This document shows, piece by piece, positions 13,440-24,017 of a stretch of 64,000 nucleotides of DNA (within the stretch, counting starts at the first letter, position 1; the number at the start of each line of letters is the position of its first letter). This DNA is from Alphaproteobacteria bacterium. Its GTDB lineage: Bacteria; Pseudomonadota; Alphaproteobacteria; MPNO01; UBA2964. The DNA lies in NCBI GenBank assembly GCA_009377375.1, contig WHUE01000004.1, positions 18,605 through 82,604 on the forward strand. Reading direction: 5' to 3'. Under the pieces are notes generated by a model that worked only from the letters and a program-made list of their open reading frames with translations, searched no databases and was not told the DNA's origin. Position numbers and translations under genes: made by a program.

Positions 13440-16400
13440 GTGAATTTTTTCGAATTCTTCATCCGGCGGCCCGTCTTCGCGACGGTGATGAGCCTGATCG
13501 TCATCCTGATCGGGCTGGTATCCTATCTGCAGCTCACCGTCCGCGAATACCCGGATATCGACGAGCCGATCGTGTCGGTGAGGACCGACTATCCCGGCGC
13601 GAGCGCCGAGATCATCGAGACGCAGGTCACGCAGGTCCTCGAAGGCTCCGTCGCCGGCATCGAGGGCATCGAGACCATGTCCTCGAGCAGCCAGCCGGAA
13701 GAGAGCCGGATCACCGTGCGGTTCCGGCTCGGCACCGATCCCGACGTGGCGGCGAGCGACGTGCGCGACCGCGTGTCCCGCGTGAGCAACAGGCTGCCCG
13801 ACGAGATCGAGACGCCGCGCATCGCCAAGGTGGAGGCCGACGCCCAGTCGATCATCTACATCGCCTTCACCAGCGACCGGCATTCGCCGATCGAGATCTC
13901 CGATTACGCCGACCGCTACGTCCGGGACAGATTGCAGAACCTTCCCGGCGTCGCGGAGGTCCGCATCTTCGGCGAGCGCCGCTACGCCATGCGCATCTGG
14001 CTCGACCGCGCGCGGCTCGCGGCGTACCGGCTGACGGCGGAAGACGTCGAGAACGCGCTGCGCAACCAGAACGTGGAGGTGCCGTCCGGCCGCATCGAAA
14101 GCCTGGACCGCGAATTCACGGTGCTGTCCCGCACCGGGCTCGTCACGCCGCAGCAGTTCGAGCGCGTCGTGGTCAAGGACGCCGACGGGTTTTCCGTGCG
14201 CATAGGCGACGTGGCGCGCGTCGAGGTCGGCCCGCAGGACGAGCGCCGCGTCACCCGGTTCAACGGCGACAACGCCGTGATCCTCGGCATCGTCAAGCAG
14301 GCCACCGCGAACCCGCTGGACGTGTCCAACGCCATGCGGGAGGTGCTGCCCGACCTGGCCGGGGACCTGCCGCAGGGCATGAACGCGCAGATCGCCTACG
14401 ACAAGTCGATCTTCATCGACCGGTCCATCGAGGCCGTCTACACCACGATCGGCGAGGCCGTGGCGCTGGTCGTCGTCGTCATCTTCTTCTTCCTGCGGAC
14501 CATCCGGGCGACGATCATCCCGCTGGTCACGATTCCGGTCTCTCTGGTCGGCTCGTTCGCGCTGATGAGCGTGCTCGGCTTCTCCATCAACACCCTCACC
14601 CTGCTCGCCATGGTGCTGGCGATCGGGCTGGTCGTCGACGACGCCATCGTCGTGCTGGAGAACATCCATCGCCATGTCGAGGACGGCATGAAGCCGATCC
14701 GCGCCGCGATGGTCGGGATCGGCGAGATTTCCGGCGCAGTGGTCGCGATGACGCTGACGCTCGCCGCCGTCTATGCGCCGGTGGCATTTACACCCGGACG
14801 GACCGGCACGCTGTTCGCCGAGTTCGCGCTCACGCTCGCCGGCGCGGTGCTGGTCTCGGGTTTCGTGGCCCTGACGCTGAGCCCCATGATGTGTTCGCGG
14901 CTGCTGCGGACGCACGAGACGCACGGCCGGACATACCTGGCGCTGGAGCGCGGGCTGCTCGCCCTCAACCGCGGCTACCAGAACGTCCTCGAAGCGACGC
15001 TCCGCGTTCGCCCGGCGGTCGTCCTGGTCGCCGTCCTGGTCGCCGGCGCGAGCTACGTCCTGCTCACCGGCCTCAAATCGGAGCTGGCGCCGGTGGAGGA
15101 CCGCGGCGTCCTGTTCACCGCCGGCCGCGCGCCCGAAGGCTCGACCGTCGATTTCACCAGCCGCTACGCCGGACAGTTCGAGGCGCTGCTGAACAAGATC
15201 CCCGAGGTCCAGCACTACTTCGTCATCGTCGGCTCGCGCGCCGTGAACGAGCTGATCTCGTTCTCGCAGCTCACCCCGTGGGAGGAGCGCGCGCGCACCC
15301 AGATGGAGATCGTGCGCGAGGTTCAGCCGAGCCTCTCCAGGATCGCGGGGGTACGGGCATCGGCCAACAATCCGGGATCGTTCGGGCAGAGCGCCCGCAA
15401 CAAGCCCGTCGAGTTCGTCATCCAGACGTCGGAGAGCTACGAGCAGCTGGACAGGTACGTCGACAGGTTCCTCGCCGAGGCGGAGAAGTTTCCCGGGCTC
15501 ATCAATCTCGACAGCGACCTGCGGCTCAACAATCCGCAGATCGACGTCGAGGTCGATCGCGAACGCGTGGCCGACATGGGCGCCGGCGTCGTCACCGTGG
15601 GGCGGACGCTCGAGACGCTGCTCGGCGGCCGGCAGGTGACCCGTTTCAACCAGAACGGGGAGCAGTACGACGTCGTCGTCCAGGTTGCGGCCGACGACCG
15701 GCGCACGCCGGACAACCTCAACGACATCTATGTGCGCGGCCGCAACGGCTCGATGATCCAGCTGTCCAATCTGGTCCGGGTGCGCGAGAACGTGGCGCCC
15801 ACGGAGCTGAACCGCTTCAACCAGTTCCGCTCGGCCACGATCACCGGGAACATCGCCCCCGGCTATTCGCTCGGCGAAGCGCTCGCCGCGCTGGAGGCCG
15901 CGGCGGAACGGGTGCTGCCCCAGTCGGTAAGATACGACTATTCCGGCGAGTCCCGCGAGTTCAGGGAGGCCGGCACGAGCCTGGTGTTCGTCTTCGCGCT
16001 CGCGCTCTGCTTCATCTTCCTGGTGCTCGCGGCCCAGTTCGAAAGCTTCATGGACCCGCTGATCATCATGCTGACGGTGCCTCTGTCCATGACAGGGGCC
16101 CTGCTCGCCCTCAACCTGACCGGCGGCACGCTCAACATCTACAGCCAGATCGGGCTGGTGACGCTGATCGGGCTGATCAGCAAGCACGGCATCCTGATCG
16201 TGCAGTTCGCCAATCGCCTGCAGGACGAGGGCCGGTCGGTCCGCGAGGCGGTCGTCGAAGCCGCCGCGCTGCGGCTGCGTCCGATCCTGATGACGACGGG
16301 CGCGATGGTGTCCGGCGCGGTGCCGCTGGCCTTCGCCACCGGCGCGGGCGCCGCGAGCCGGCAGGAGATCGGCTGGGTGATCGTCGGCGGCATGACCTTC

Positions 16401-16511
16401 GGCACGCTGCTGACCCTGTTCGTCGTGCCGACGGCATACACGCTGCTGGCGCGCGACCGCGGCAAGCTGCGCGCGGCGGAGGCCAGCCCGGTGCCCGGCC
16501 CGGCCGAGTGA
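13440..16511 (+). CDS. RND efflux permease (AcrB/HAE1 family)
   Basis: FIRRPVFATV, AIGLVVDDAIVVLEN, RLRPILMTT; GTG start at 13440. Confidence 0.96.
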   Translation: MNFFEFFIRRPVFATVMSLIVILIGLVSYLQLTVREYPDIDEPIVSVRTDYPGASAEIIETQVTQVLEGSVAGIEGIETMSSSSQPEESRITVRFRLGTDPDVAASDVRDRVSRVSNRLPDEIETPRIAKVEADAQSIIYIAFTSDRHSPIEISDYADRYVRDRLQNLPGVAEVRIFGERRYAMRIWLDRARLAAYRLTAEDVENALRNQNVEVPSGRIESLDREFTVLSRTGLVTPQQFERVVVKDADGFSVRIGDVARVEVGPQDERRVTRFNGDNAVILGIVKQATANPLDVSNAMREVLPDLAGDLPQGMNAQIAYDKSIFIDRSIEAVYTTIGEAVALVVVVIFFFLRTIRATIIPLVTIPVSLVGSFALMSVLGFSINTLTLLAMVLAIGLVVDDAIVVLENIHRHVEDGMKPIRAAMVGIGEISGAVVAMTLTLAAVYAPVAFTPGRTGTLFAEFALTLAGAVLVSGFVALTLSPMMCSRLLRTHETHGRTYLALERGLLALNRGYQNVLEATLRVRPAVVLVAVLVAGASYVLLTGLKSELAPVEDRGVLFTAGRAPEGSTVDFTSRYAGQFEALLNKIPEVQHYFVIVGSRAVNELISFSQLTPWEERARTQMEIVREVQPSLSRIAGVRASANNPGSFGQSARNKPVEFVIQTSESYEQLDRYVDRFLAEAEKFPGLINLDSDLRLNNPQIDVEVDRERVADMGAGVVTVGRTLETLLGGRQVTRFNQNGEQYDVVVQVAADDRRTPDNLNDIYVRGRNGSMIQLSNLVRVRENVAPTELNRFNQFRSATITGNIAPGYSLGEALAALEAAAERVLPQSVRYDYSGESREFREAGTSLVFVFALALCFIFLVLAAQFESFMDPLIIMLTVPLSMTGALLALNLTGGTLNIYSQIGLVTLIGLISKHGILIVQFANRLQDEGRSVREAVVEAAALRLRPILMTTGAMVSGAVPLAFATGAGAASRQEIGWVIVGGMTFGTLLTLFVVPTAYTLLARDRGKLRAAEASPVPGPAE

Positions 16512-16547
16512 CCGCGCCGGCCGGTACGGTTTCCGGAAGAGCGGCCG

Positions 16548-18218
16548 CTACTTCTCGTCGGTCATCCGGCTGAGGGCCCATTTGACCTGGCCCTGGCCGT
16601 CCCTGGCGGCGCCGGCGATGACGATCTGGCCGGTGCGGCGCACCTCGCCCGACGCGCCGAGATAGACGCTTTCCTGCAGCGATATGGTCCCGCCGCCGGC
16701 GCGCAGCCGCCAGCCGCCGCCGCTGGCAAGGCGCAGCAGCACGGTGGAGCCCTGCTGCACCAGCGATGCCTTGACCGCCGGGTGCAGATGGAACCGCACC
16801 GCGAACCGGTGCGCGCCGGACCCGTCGATCGTGTCCTCGCCCCGCAGATCGCCGCCGGAGGCGCCGAGATAGAGCCGGCGGGTATGGGTGACGCCCAGCG
16901 CGCGGCGCCAGCCGTCATGCGTGGCCTCGATCCAGATGTTGCCGTCGCCCTCGCGGCGTTCGACCGCGACATGCTCGGGCCGCGCGCCGAGCCCGCCGTC
17001 GGGCAGCAGCTCGGACGAGTTCACGTCGTCCACCGTCACGGTCGAGTGGGCGGCGGTGGTGCGCTGGGCGGTGCGCCAGGACTCGTTCTCGCCGGCATGC
17101 GCCCCGCAATTGACGATCAGCCGCTCCTTGCCGACGCTCATCTCGAAGCTCAGCGTGCCGGCGTGGGCATGGGCATCGAAACCGGGCGGGGCGGGACAGC
17201 CGGTATCCATGATCACCAGCGTCCGGTTGGCGGTCAGCCGCTCGAACCCGGCATGGGGGGCGGAGTCCAGCGGCTTGCCGCGCGCCTCCGCCCGGGTCAG
17301 GGTGACGTCGATCAGCCAGGGCTCGGATTCGATCGAATCGTTGAACAGCGCCAGCCCGCCGTCTCCATGGCGGAAGAACCGCGCCATCGGCGTCATCCGG
17401 TCGATGGCGTTCTGCAGCGCGTGCGGCACCTCCGCCCCGGAGTCGCGCAGCACCGCGCGCATGTCGACCAGATCGCGCAGCACCGACAGATGCACCGCCG
17501 GGCTGCGTTCGGCATGGCCGCCGTCGCCCAGCACCTGGCGGCCGATCTCCGCCTCCAGCATCCGCACCCAGCGCGGCAGACGCGCCTCATGGCCTTCCAG
17601 ACCGGCCGCGGCGAAGATCAGCCCCTTCAGCGCCACCAGCCGGGCGCTGCCGGGCGGGGTCATGCGCACGATGCGGGCGAGATGCCGCGCCTGCAGCCCG
17701 GCGCTGGCATAGAGCCGGTCGCGGAACGCGGCGCTGGTCCCGGCGCAGAGGAACTCCGCATGCACCAGCCAGTTGGCGATGCGCGCGCCGAGGATATGGG
17801 GCCGCCACGTCAGCGGCTGCCACCAGCCTTCATGCTCGATCCAGTCGTCGATCAGGGCGCGGCCGCGGGCGCGGGCGACGTCGCCGCCCGCCGCGCGCAG
17901 GTCGCGCAGCCAGTCGAACGTCGCCGCCTCGGCCCGCCAGCGGTTCGACATGCCGCTGCCGCGCCAGGGCGAATCGACGCCGCGCAGCACCTGTCCCGCC
18001 GCCGCGAAGTCGCCGGCGACGATGATCGCGCCGCGGCTGGCGTCGCCCGGCCATGAATCCGCGGCGTTGAACGCCGCCGGCCGGGCCGGGGCGCCGCCCA
18101 GCGACCAGCGATAGGGCGTGGTGGAAAAGACCGGCCGCAGGAGGGCATAGGCGATGCGTCCGCCGTTGATCCGCCGGCGGCGGTGCCCGAGGCTCGCGAT
18201 CCGCCAGCCGAGTCTCAT
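16548..18218 (-). CDS. heparinase II/III-family protein
   Basis: [40 protein letters not shown]. Confidence 0.85.
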   Translation of the reverse strand: MRLGWRIASLGHRRRRINGGRIAYALLRPVFSTTPYRWSLGGAPARPAAFNAADSWPGDASRGAIIVAGDFAAAGQVLRGVDSPWRGSGMSNRWRAEAATFDWLRDLRAAGGDVARARGRALIDDWIEHEGWWQPLTWRPHILGARIANWLVHAEFLCAGTSAAFRDRLYASAGLQARHLARIVRMTPPGSARLVALKGLIFAAAGLEGHEARLPRWVRMLEAEIGRQVLGDGGHAERSPAVHLSVLRDLVDMRAVLRDSGAEVPHALQNAIDRMTPMARFFRHGDGGLALFNDSIESEPWLIDVTLTRAEARGKPLDSAPHAGFERLTANRTLVIMDTGCPAPPGFDAHAHAGTLSFEMSVGKERLIVNCGAHAGENESWRTAQRTTAAHSTVTVDDVNSSELLPDGGLGARPEHVAVERREGDGNIWIEATHDGWRRALGVTHTRRLYLGASGGDLRGEDTIDGSGAHRFAVRFHLHPAVKASLVQQGSTVLLRLASGGGWRLRAGGGTISLQESVYLGASGEVRRTGQIVIAGAARDGQGQVKWALSRMTDEK

Positions 18219-18907
18219 GCGCCGCCGCGCAGCCGGGCGATGCGCGCGGCGTACGCCTTCTCTCCGCGCTGGGGCCGCCGGGCCTTCGCATCGCCCCTGA
18301 ACACCGCGGTCCCGGCAACCAGCACGTCGGCGCCGGCCGCGACGGCGAGCGGCGCCGTCTCGGGATCGATCCCGCCATCGACCTCCAGGTCGATCCGGCG
18401 CCCGGTGGCGTCGATCATCTTGCGCAGCGCGGCGATCTTGGACAGCTGGCTGCGGATGAATTTCTGGCCGCCGAAGCCGGGGTTCACCGTCATCACCAGC
18501 ACCAGGTCGACCATGTCGAGCACCTGCGCCACGGCCTCCGCCGGGGTGGAGGGGTTGAGCGACACCCCCGCCTTGCGTCCGCAGGACCGGATGAGCTGCA
18601 GCGTGCGGTGCAGATGCGGCCCGGCCTCGGCATGCGCGGTGATGATGTCGGCGCCGGCCTCGGCGAAGGCCGGCACGAAGGCATCCACGGGCGAGATCAT
18701 CAGATGCACGTCGAACGGCCGCCGGCTGGCGCCGCGCAGCGCCTTCACCACGTCCGGGCCGATGGTGATGTTGGGCACGAAATGCCCGTCCATCACGTCG
18801 ACATGGATGTAGTCCGCGCCAGCGCGCGTGATGGCGCGTATCTCCTCGCCCAGCCGGGCGAAATCGGCGGACAGGATGGAGGGGGCGATGCGGGTCTTCT
18901 GTTGCAC
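18215..18907 (-). CDS. rpe: ribulose-phosphate 3-epimerase
   Basis: [38 protein letters not shown]. Confidence 0.97.
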   Translation of the reverse strand: MQQKTRIAPSILSADFARLGEEIRAITRAGADYIHVDVMDGHFVPNITIGPDVVKALRGASRRPFDVHLMISPVDAFVPAFAEAGADIITAHAEAGPHLHRTLQLIRSCGRKAGVSLNPSTPAEAVAQVLDMVDLVLVMTVNPGFGGQKFIRSQLSKIAALRKMIDATGRRIDLEVDGGIDPETAPLAVAAGADVLVAGTAVFRGDAKARRPQRGEKAYAARIARLRGGA

Positions 18908-19047
18908 GTCAGAGGGTCTTTCGGGATGCGGTCAGTCGGGCTCGAACAGGGTCTGGCCGGATGTGCGGGAAACGGTTCACACGCGTCAGCCCAGCCGCGC
19001 TGCCGTGAGAGAAGGCCGGGAGTCCGGGACTGCGCAAAACGGCCCCG

Positions 19048-19197
19048 TCAGAAAATCGTGCGAACGAACGGCGCCACCGCCGAGCCCTGGGTCAGGATCA
19101 CCAGGCCGAGGAACAGCAGCAGCAGCACGACAATGGGCAGCAGCCAGAACGTCTTGCGCGCCCGGAGGAACATCCACAGCTTCCTGACGAACGACAT
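19048..19197 (-). CDS. small membrane protein, DUF5989/SxtK-like
   Basis: MSFVRKLWMFLRARKTFWLLPIVVLLLLFLGLVILTQGSAVAPFVRTIF fits the RKKxWLLP...GSAVAPFIYTLF pattern. Confidence 0.75.
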   Translation of the reverse strand: MSFVRKLWMFLRARKTFWLLPIVVLLLLFLGLVILTQGSAVAPFVRTIF

Positions 19198-19417
19198 GGG
19201 CGGCGGTCCTGGAACGGGTTGCGCATCGAATCCGGGGCCGACCCGGCCGCCGGGCGGGCCCCTGCCAAGCGCCGTCATGATAGGCCCCGCCGGCGTCATG
19301 GCCAAGAATAACGCCGGACCGGTTCCGGCCCGAACGGCCATCCGATGCAGGGGAGGTCCCGAAAACGACGCCGAAGGGGCGCGCGGAGCTTTCATGCGTG
19401 TCTTTGCGATCGGCCAT
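19198..19417 (-). pseudogene. degenerate SxtJ-family membrane protein remnant
   Basis: SSARPFGVVFG in one frame and LFLAMTPAGPIMTALGRGP in another resemble the N- and C-terminal SxtJ motifs; middle TM segments missing. Confidence 0.45.
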
Positions 19418-19491
19418 GGGACGGGCGTTTCCGGATCGTCAGCGACGCTGGTTCTCGTTGTAGGATAACGGCTGCGTCGCTTCAAGGGACG

Positions 19492-20472
19492 CTAGCGTCG
19501 CAGCAGCGCCGCGCCGCCGCGCAGAAACGGTCTCAGGCCGCGCAGCTGCGCCACCAGCGCCGTCCGCCACACCCGCCGCCCGTAAAGCAGCGAGGCCCGG
19601 CGCAACGCCTCCGCCACATCGCCATTCAGATGCGGAGCAAGCGCGGCGGCGGCAGCCGGCCGGTCCAGCAGGGAAGCGGCATGGTCGAAATAGCCGTAGG
19701 CCATCGCGATCCAGCCCGCCTTCAGCGCCCGCGCGCCGTCATCCGCCAGCGTCTCCGGGTCGCGGAAGTAGAGATGGTCGCCGTGCGCCAGCCCGCCGCG
19801 CGAATAGGGCACCGGGCCCCGTCCGGCCTGCGGATGCACCGGACCGGCGCGGCGGCGCCAGCGCGCCGGGCGGATCAGGTCCATCAGCAGAAAGCCGGCC
19901 TCTTCCATCAGGCGGTCGACGGCGTGCGCCGCCATCTGGCCTTCGCGCAAAGGCATGAAGCTGACCTCCACCTTCACCGCCAGCGCCGACGCGAGGGCGA
20001 TCGGCGCGGCGGCAAGGATCTCGCCCTCCGCCCCTTCCACGTCCAGCTTGAGGAAATCCGGCGCGGGGACGCCGAATCGGACAACCGCCCCGTCCAGCGT
20101 TTCGGTGTCCACCCCGGCCGTCGTCCGGATATCCGACCAGGCCCTGTGGTCGTGCGCCGCCGCCGTCGCGGCCACCGGGGGCAGCAGGCTGGAGGATTGC
20201 GGATCGGCGGCGATATGCAGCGTGCGGGGCCCCGCATGGCCTGAGATCGCCGTCGGCAGATGCCGCAGGCTGCGCCACGGGGAGCCCGTCGCCCCCTGAA
20301 GCTGCGCGAAGGCCGCGGGCTCGGGCTCGAAGCCGACGCCGTCGACCGCGAAGGCAATGGGCAGCAGGTCCGGCTCGAAACCCTCGCGGGCGCCGATGTC
20401 GAGCCCCTGCACCGGCAGGGCGTCCATCGCGGCGGCGAACGGGGTGCGGCGGAACAGGTCGGTCTGCGCCAC
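19492..20472 (-). CDS. FkbM-family methyltransferase
   Basis: LDIGAREG, GFEPEP, PDFLKLDVEGAE, KVEVSF; probable GTG start at 20472 within the longer ORF. Confidence 0.85.
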   Translation of the reverse strand: MAQTDLFRRTPFAAAMDALPVQGLDIGAREGFEPDLLPIAFAVDGVGFEPEPAAFAQLQGATGSPWRSLRHLPTAISGHAGPRTLHIAADPQSSSLLPPVAATAAAHDHRAWSDIRTTAGVDTETLDGAVVRFGVPAPDFLKLDVEGAEGEILAAAPIALASALAVKVEVSFMPLREGQMAAHAVDRLMEEAGFLLMDLIRPARWRRRAGPVHPQAGRGPVPYSRGGLAHGDHLYFRDPETLADDGARALKAGWIAMAYGYFDHAASLLDRPAAAAALAPHLNGDVAEALRRASLLYGRRVWRTALVAQLRGLRPFLRGGAALLRR

Positions 20473-20522
20473 GGGGCTGAGCCTCTTCTCTCTGCTGCGT
20501 AGGGCAGGGCGATAATAGGCGG

Positions 20523-21848
20523 TTACGCGGCCCGGCGCAGCCGCGCGATATAGAACCCGTCCATCCCGCCCTGCGCCGCCATGTGGCAGGGCAGGGTGCG
20601 CAGGTCGCCGGCTTCCGTGACCGCCTCTTCCGGCGCGCCGGCTTCGCCGGCCGCGATCGCCTCGCGCGCAAATCCGTCCAGCCCGGCTAGCAGGGCGTCG
20701 ATGCGCGCCGCCCCTTCCTCCGGCTGCAGCGAGCACACGCTGTAGACCAGTACCCCGCCCGGCTTCACCATCGCGGCGGCGGCGCGCAGCAGCGCGTCCT
20801 GAGTCGCGGCAACGGAGGCGGCCGAGCCCGCGCCCTTCAGCCACGGGATGTCGGGATGGCGGCGAATGGTGCCGGTCGCAGTGCAGGGCGCGTCCAGCAG
20901 CACGGCCTCGGCAGGGGCCGGCGACCGCCACGCGGCGGCGTCGGCCGTTACGGTTTCCGCCGTCAGCTTCAGCCGGTCCAGGTTGCGGCGCAACGTCGCG
21001 AGCCGCGCCTCCGACCGGTCGACGGCCACGACGCGCGCTCCGGCGGCGGCGAGCTGCGCCGTCTTGCCGCCCGGCGCGGCGCAGAGATCGATCACCGCGC
21101 GCCCCTCCGCCCGCCCGCCGAGCGACGACAGCAGCACGCGCGCCGGCAGCGCGGCGGCGGCGTCCTGCACCCACCACGCGCCCTCCTCGAAACCGGGCAG
21201 CGAGGCGATCATGCCGGCGCGCCTGAGGCGCAGCATGCCGCCAGGCAGGATCTCCGCGCCCAGCGCCGCGGCCCAGCGCGCGGCGTCGTCCGTCTTCACC
21301 GAGAGGTCCAGCGGCGGCTCGTCCAGATGCGCGGCGGCGATGCGGCGGCAGGCATCCTCGCCGTAGGCGTCCTGCCACGACCGCCACAGCCAGTCCGGCG
21401 TGTTGAGCCGCGCGGCATCGGCGGCAGCAAAGGCCGCGCGCCCTTCGCGGTCGCAGCGCCGCAGCACGGCGTTGACCAGCCCCTTCATCCGCTCCGCCCC
21501 GTTCGCCTCTGCCAGCCTGACCGCGGTGTCGACCACCGCGTGCGGCGGCGCCTCGAGCACGAAGAGCTGCGCCGCGCCGAGCCGCAATACCGCCCGGGCC
21601 GCATGCGCCTTCTCGGGCAGCGGACGGTCGATGAACCCCGCAAGCACCGCATCGATCTGGCCCAGCCGGCGCAGCGTGGCGGCGACCAGCGCCCGGGCGA
21701 AGGCGCGGTCGCGCACGCTCAGCCGGTCCAGCCCGCGGTCGGCCGCCAGCGCCTCGTCCAGCGCGACGCCGTCCTGCAGCACGCGGCCGAGCAGGGCGAG
21801 TGCGGCGGCCCGGGCCTCGAGGCCCTGCCGGGCGGTGTGATCGGGCAT
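20523..21848 (-). CDS. rsmB: RsmB/NOL1-family rRNA m5C methyltransferase with NusB-like N-terminus
   Basis: WVQDAAA, DLCAAPGGKT, LLDAPCTATG, YSVCSL, DGFYIARL. Confidence 0.9.
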   Translation of the reverse strand: MPDHTARQGLEARAAALALLGRVLQDGVALDEALAADRGLDRLSVRDRAFARALVAATLRRLGQIDAVLAGFIDRPLPEKAHAARAVLRLGAAQLFVLEAPPHAVVDTAVRLAEANGAERMKGLVNAVLRRCDREGRAAFAAADAARLNTPDWLWRSWQDAYGEDACRRIAAAHLDEPPLDLSVKTDDAARWAAALGAEILPGGMLRLRRAGMIASLPGFEEGAWWVQDAAAALPARVLLSSLGGRAEGRAVIDLCAAPGGKTAQLAAAGARVVAVDRSEARLATLRRNLDRLKLTAETVTADAAAWRSPAPAEAVLLDAPCTATGTIRRHPDIPWLKGAGSAASVAATQDALLRAAAAMVKPGGVLVYSVCSLQPEEGAARIDALLAGLDGFAREAIAAGEAGAPEEAVTEAGDLRTLPCHMAAQGGMDGFYIARLRRAA

Positions 21849-21916
21849 TGCGACCGTGGCGGACAATGAAAAGCGCGCCGCCACGGATTAAAGAAAACGC
21901 GGCCCCGCGTCACCCG

Positions 21917-22363
21917 CTATTTCCGAGGAATGCGTCCCGTACGGGGATCGGAGCGGAGCGGGCAGCGTTTCATGGCGCGCAATCCGAACAGGCGGTCGCG
22001 CGTCCCTTGATGATCGTCGAGTGCCTTCTTTTCCGCGGCATTTTCCTCGGCTGCCAACATCAGCGGCATAAAAAGAACGGCGCCAATGTAGCCAATCGTC
22101 TGGTTTTTTCGCCGATTGCCGGCGACCGTCCCCTCCAGCTCGTCCATGGCCTGTGAAATCTCGAACAGCCGCGCATCGATCTCCTCGCAGGAAAGGGCGA
22201 GTTCCGCTTCCTGGTAGGCTGCTGGAGTATTGTCGTTCCGGCCCTCGACCGACGTTATGTCGGGCGGCAGCTCCGGCGCAGCCCGACTGCATGCGGCGGC
22301 AAACAACGCCAGGACGACCGCAGGACCGAGCCTATTTAAACTTGACCGCACGGCCTTTTCCAT
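21917..22363 (-). CDS. hypothetical lipoprotein
   Basis: lipobox-like LFAAAC, LSCEEI, hydrophobic segment, terminal Cys; start uncertain. Confidence 0.6.
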   Translation of the reverse strand: MEKAVRSSLNRLGPAVVLALFAAACSRAAPELPPDITSVEGRNDNTPAAYQEAELALSCEEIDARLFEISQAMDELEGTVAGNRRKNQTIGYIGAVLFMPLMLAAEENAAEKKALDDHQGTRDRLFGLRAMKRCPLRSDPRTGRIPRK

Positions 22364-22733
22364 CCAGCGAACCCCAGGTCATGAACGATATGCCGACCGT
22401 GCCGTAACGGACCAGTATGACGGCATCGGCGCCTATCTTCGACGCTACGGCACGCAGCTTTTGGGCTACAAGCTCCTTGGTCGGGTCAGGATGAAGAAGC
22501 GACGTCTTGTTCACCGTTACCGAAATATCCCCTATCGCCTCGTACGGACGGTCCCCGATGTCGCTCTCTGTGATAACGATTTTGGCGGGATCGGTTCTGG
22601 GAAGAGAGGCTGTCTGGCCGGCATCACCGGACGGCGCGTCAGGCCTCTGAACGTTCGCTGTCGACCAGCTGCCGGAACAGGCACCCAGCATCAAGAGCAG
22701 AGGCGCGACCAGAAACGAACGTCCGAATTTCAT
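22332..22733 (-). CDS. lipoprotein with YbjQ-like (heavy-metal-binding-type) domain
   Basis: LLMLGAC lipobox; RPYEAIGDISV, AVASKIGADAVI, GRAVKF. Confidence 0.7.
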   Translation of the reverse strand: MKFGRSFLVAPLLLMLGACSGSWSTANVQRPDAPSGDAGQTASLPRTDPAKIVITESDIGDRPYEAIGDISVTVNKTSLLHPDPTKELVAQKLRAVASKIGADAVILVRYGTVGISFMTWGSLDGKGRAVKFK

Positions 22734-22856
22734 GATGTTCTTCCCCCAAAATCCCCGGACCGCTTTTACCAGCCCGAGGAAAACAGGGAAAGAACTTCTG
22801 TACGATCGCTCAACCCATGGGAAGCGAATGCCGACAGACGCGGCCGCCTGTCCGCC

Positions 22857-23708
22857 TCAGCCCCACGGGCCGGCGACGCCGGCCATCTCGCGCAGGCGGC
22901 GGACGCGGTTGGCGGTGGCGGGATGGGTGGAGAACAGGCCGTCCACGGCGCCGCCGTGCAGCGGGTTGACGATGAACATATGCGCCGTTGCCGGGTTGGA
23001 TTCGGCGACGCGGTTGTCGATGCGGCGGCTGCCCGCCTCCAGCTTTTCCAGCGCCGAGGCGAGCCAGAGCGGATGGCCGCAGATCTCGGCCCCGCCGGCA
23101 TCGGCCGAATACTCGCGGGTGCGGCTGATCGCCATCTGCACCAGCGCGGCGGCGACCGGCGCCAGCACCATCAGCAGGATCGTGCCGATCAGCCCCAGCG
23201 GGTTGTTGCGGTTGCCGCCGAAGAACAGCGCGAAGGTGGCGAGCATGGAGATGGCGCCCGCGATCGTCGCCGTCACGGTCATGATCAGCGTGTCGCGGTT
23301 GCGGACATGGGAAAGCTCGTGCGCCATCACGCCGGCGATCTCCTCGTGGCTGAGATCGCGCAGCAGCCCGGTGGTCGCGGCGACGGCGGCGTTCTCGGGG
23401 TTGCGCCCGGTGGCGAAGGCGTTGGGCTGGTCGTTCTCGATGATATAGACCTTCGGCATGGGCAGGCCGGCGCGGTCGGCGAGCTGACTGACGATGCCGT
23501 AATAGGCCGGCGCCGTGCGCGCATCCACCTCGCGCGCGCCGTACATCGACAGCACCATCCGGTCCGAGTTCCAGTACGCGAACAGGTTGGTGCCGCAGGC
23601 GAAGACCAGTGCGATCAGCATGCCTGCCTCGCCGCCGAGCAGGAACCCGATGACGAGGAACAGCGCCGTCAGCGCCGCGAGCAGGAGGGCGGTGCGGAAA
23701 TAGCTCAT
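22857..23708 (-). CDS. htpX: zinc metalloprotease HtpX
   Basis: [32 protein letters not shown]; start MSYFRT at 23708. Confidence 0.96.
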   Translation of the reverse strand: MSYFRTALLLAALTALFLVIGFLLGGEAGMLIALVFACGTNLFAYWNSDRMVLSMYGAREVDARTAPAYYGIVSQLADRAGLPMPKVYIIENDQPNAFATGRNPENAAVAATTGLLRDLSHEEIAGVMAHELSHVRNRDTLIMTVTATIAGAISMLATFALFFGGNRNNPLGLIGTILLMVLAPVAAALVQMAISRTREYSADAGGAEICGHPLWLASALEKLEAGSRRIDNRVAESNPATAHMFIVNPLHGGAVDGLFSTHPATANRVRRLREMAGVAGPWG

Positions 23709-23774
23709 TCCGTGATGTCCGCTGCGTTTCCATCCGATGCCGGAGCCGGGGAAAGCCGGCCCGGGGCCGCCCAG

Positions 23775-23804
23775 TATGTGGCCCGCCGGGAGGCCCGGAT
23801 CAAG
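23775..23804 (-). promoter_or_regulatory. putative RpoH promoter of htpX
   Basis: minus strand CTTGAT-N17-CCACATA. Confidence 0.55.
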
Positions 23805-24017
23805 ACGCCGGGCGCAGCCGCGCCGCGCCGGAAAGATGCGACATTGCGCCGCGCCGGCCTGTCGAGGACAATCCGGATGCGCGCACCGAAGAGAAACCCC
23901 TCCCCCGGAAACGATTCTTGCTGATGCGGACGAAACGGCCCGGAACCTGTAGCGCGGCGCGCGCCGTCCGCCCCGTGACGCGGCCCCCCGGCCGCGGCCG
24001 GGACGAGGGCTGAGGCC

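Noticed and set aside
13413-16187. long antisense and alternate-frame ORFs here and at 30199-32604, 33748-35829, 55417-58368
   Set aside because: Typical high-GC shadow ORFs over well-supported genes; no motifs.
19492-21387. 631-aa ORF as an extended FkbM
   Set aside because: The upstream half is an Arg/Gly-rich alternate frame of rsmB.
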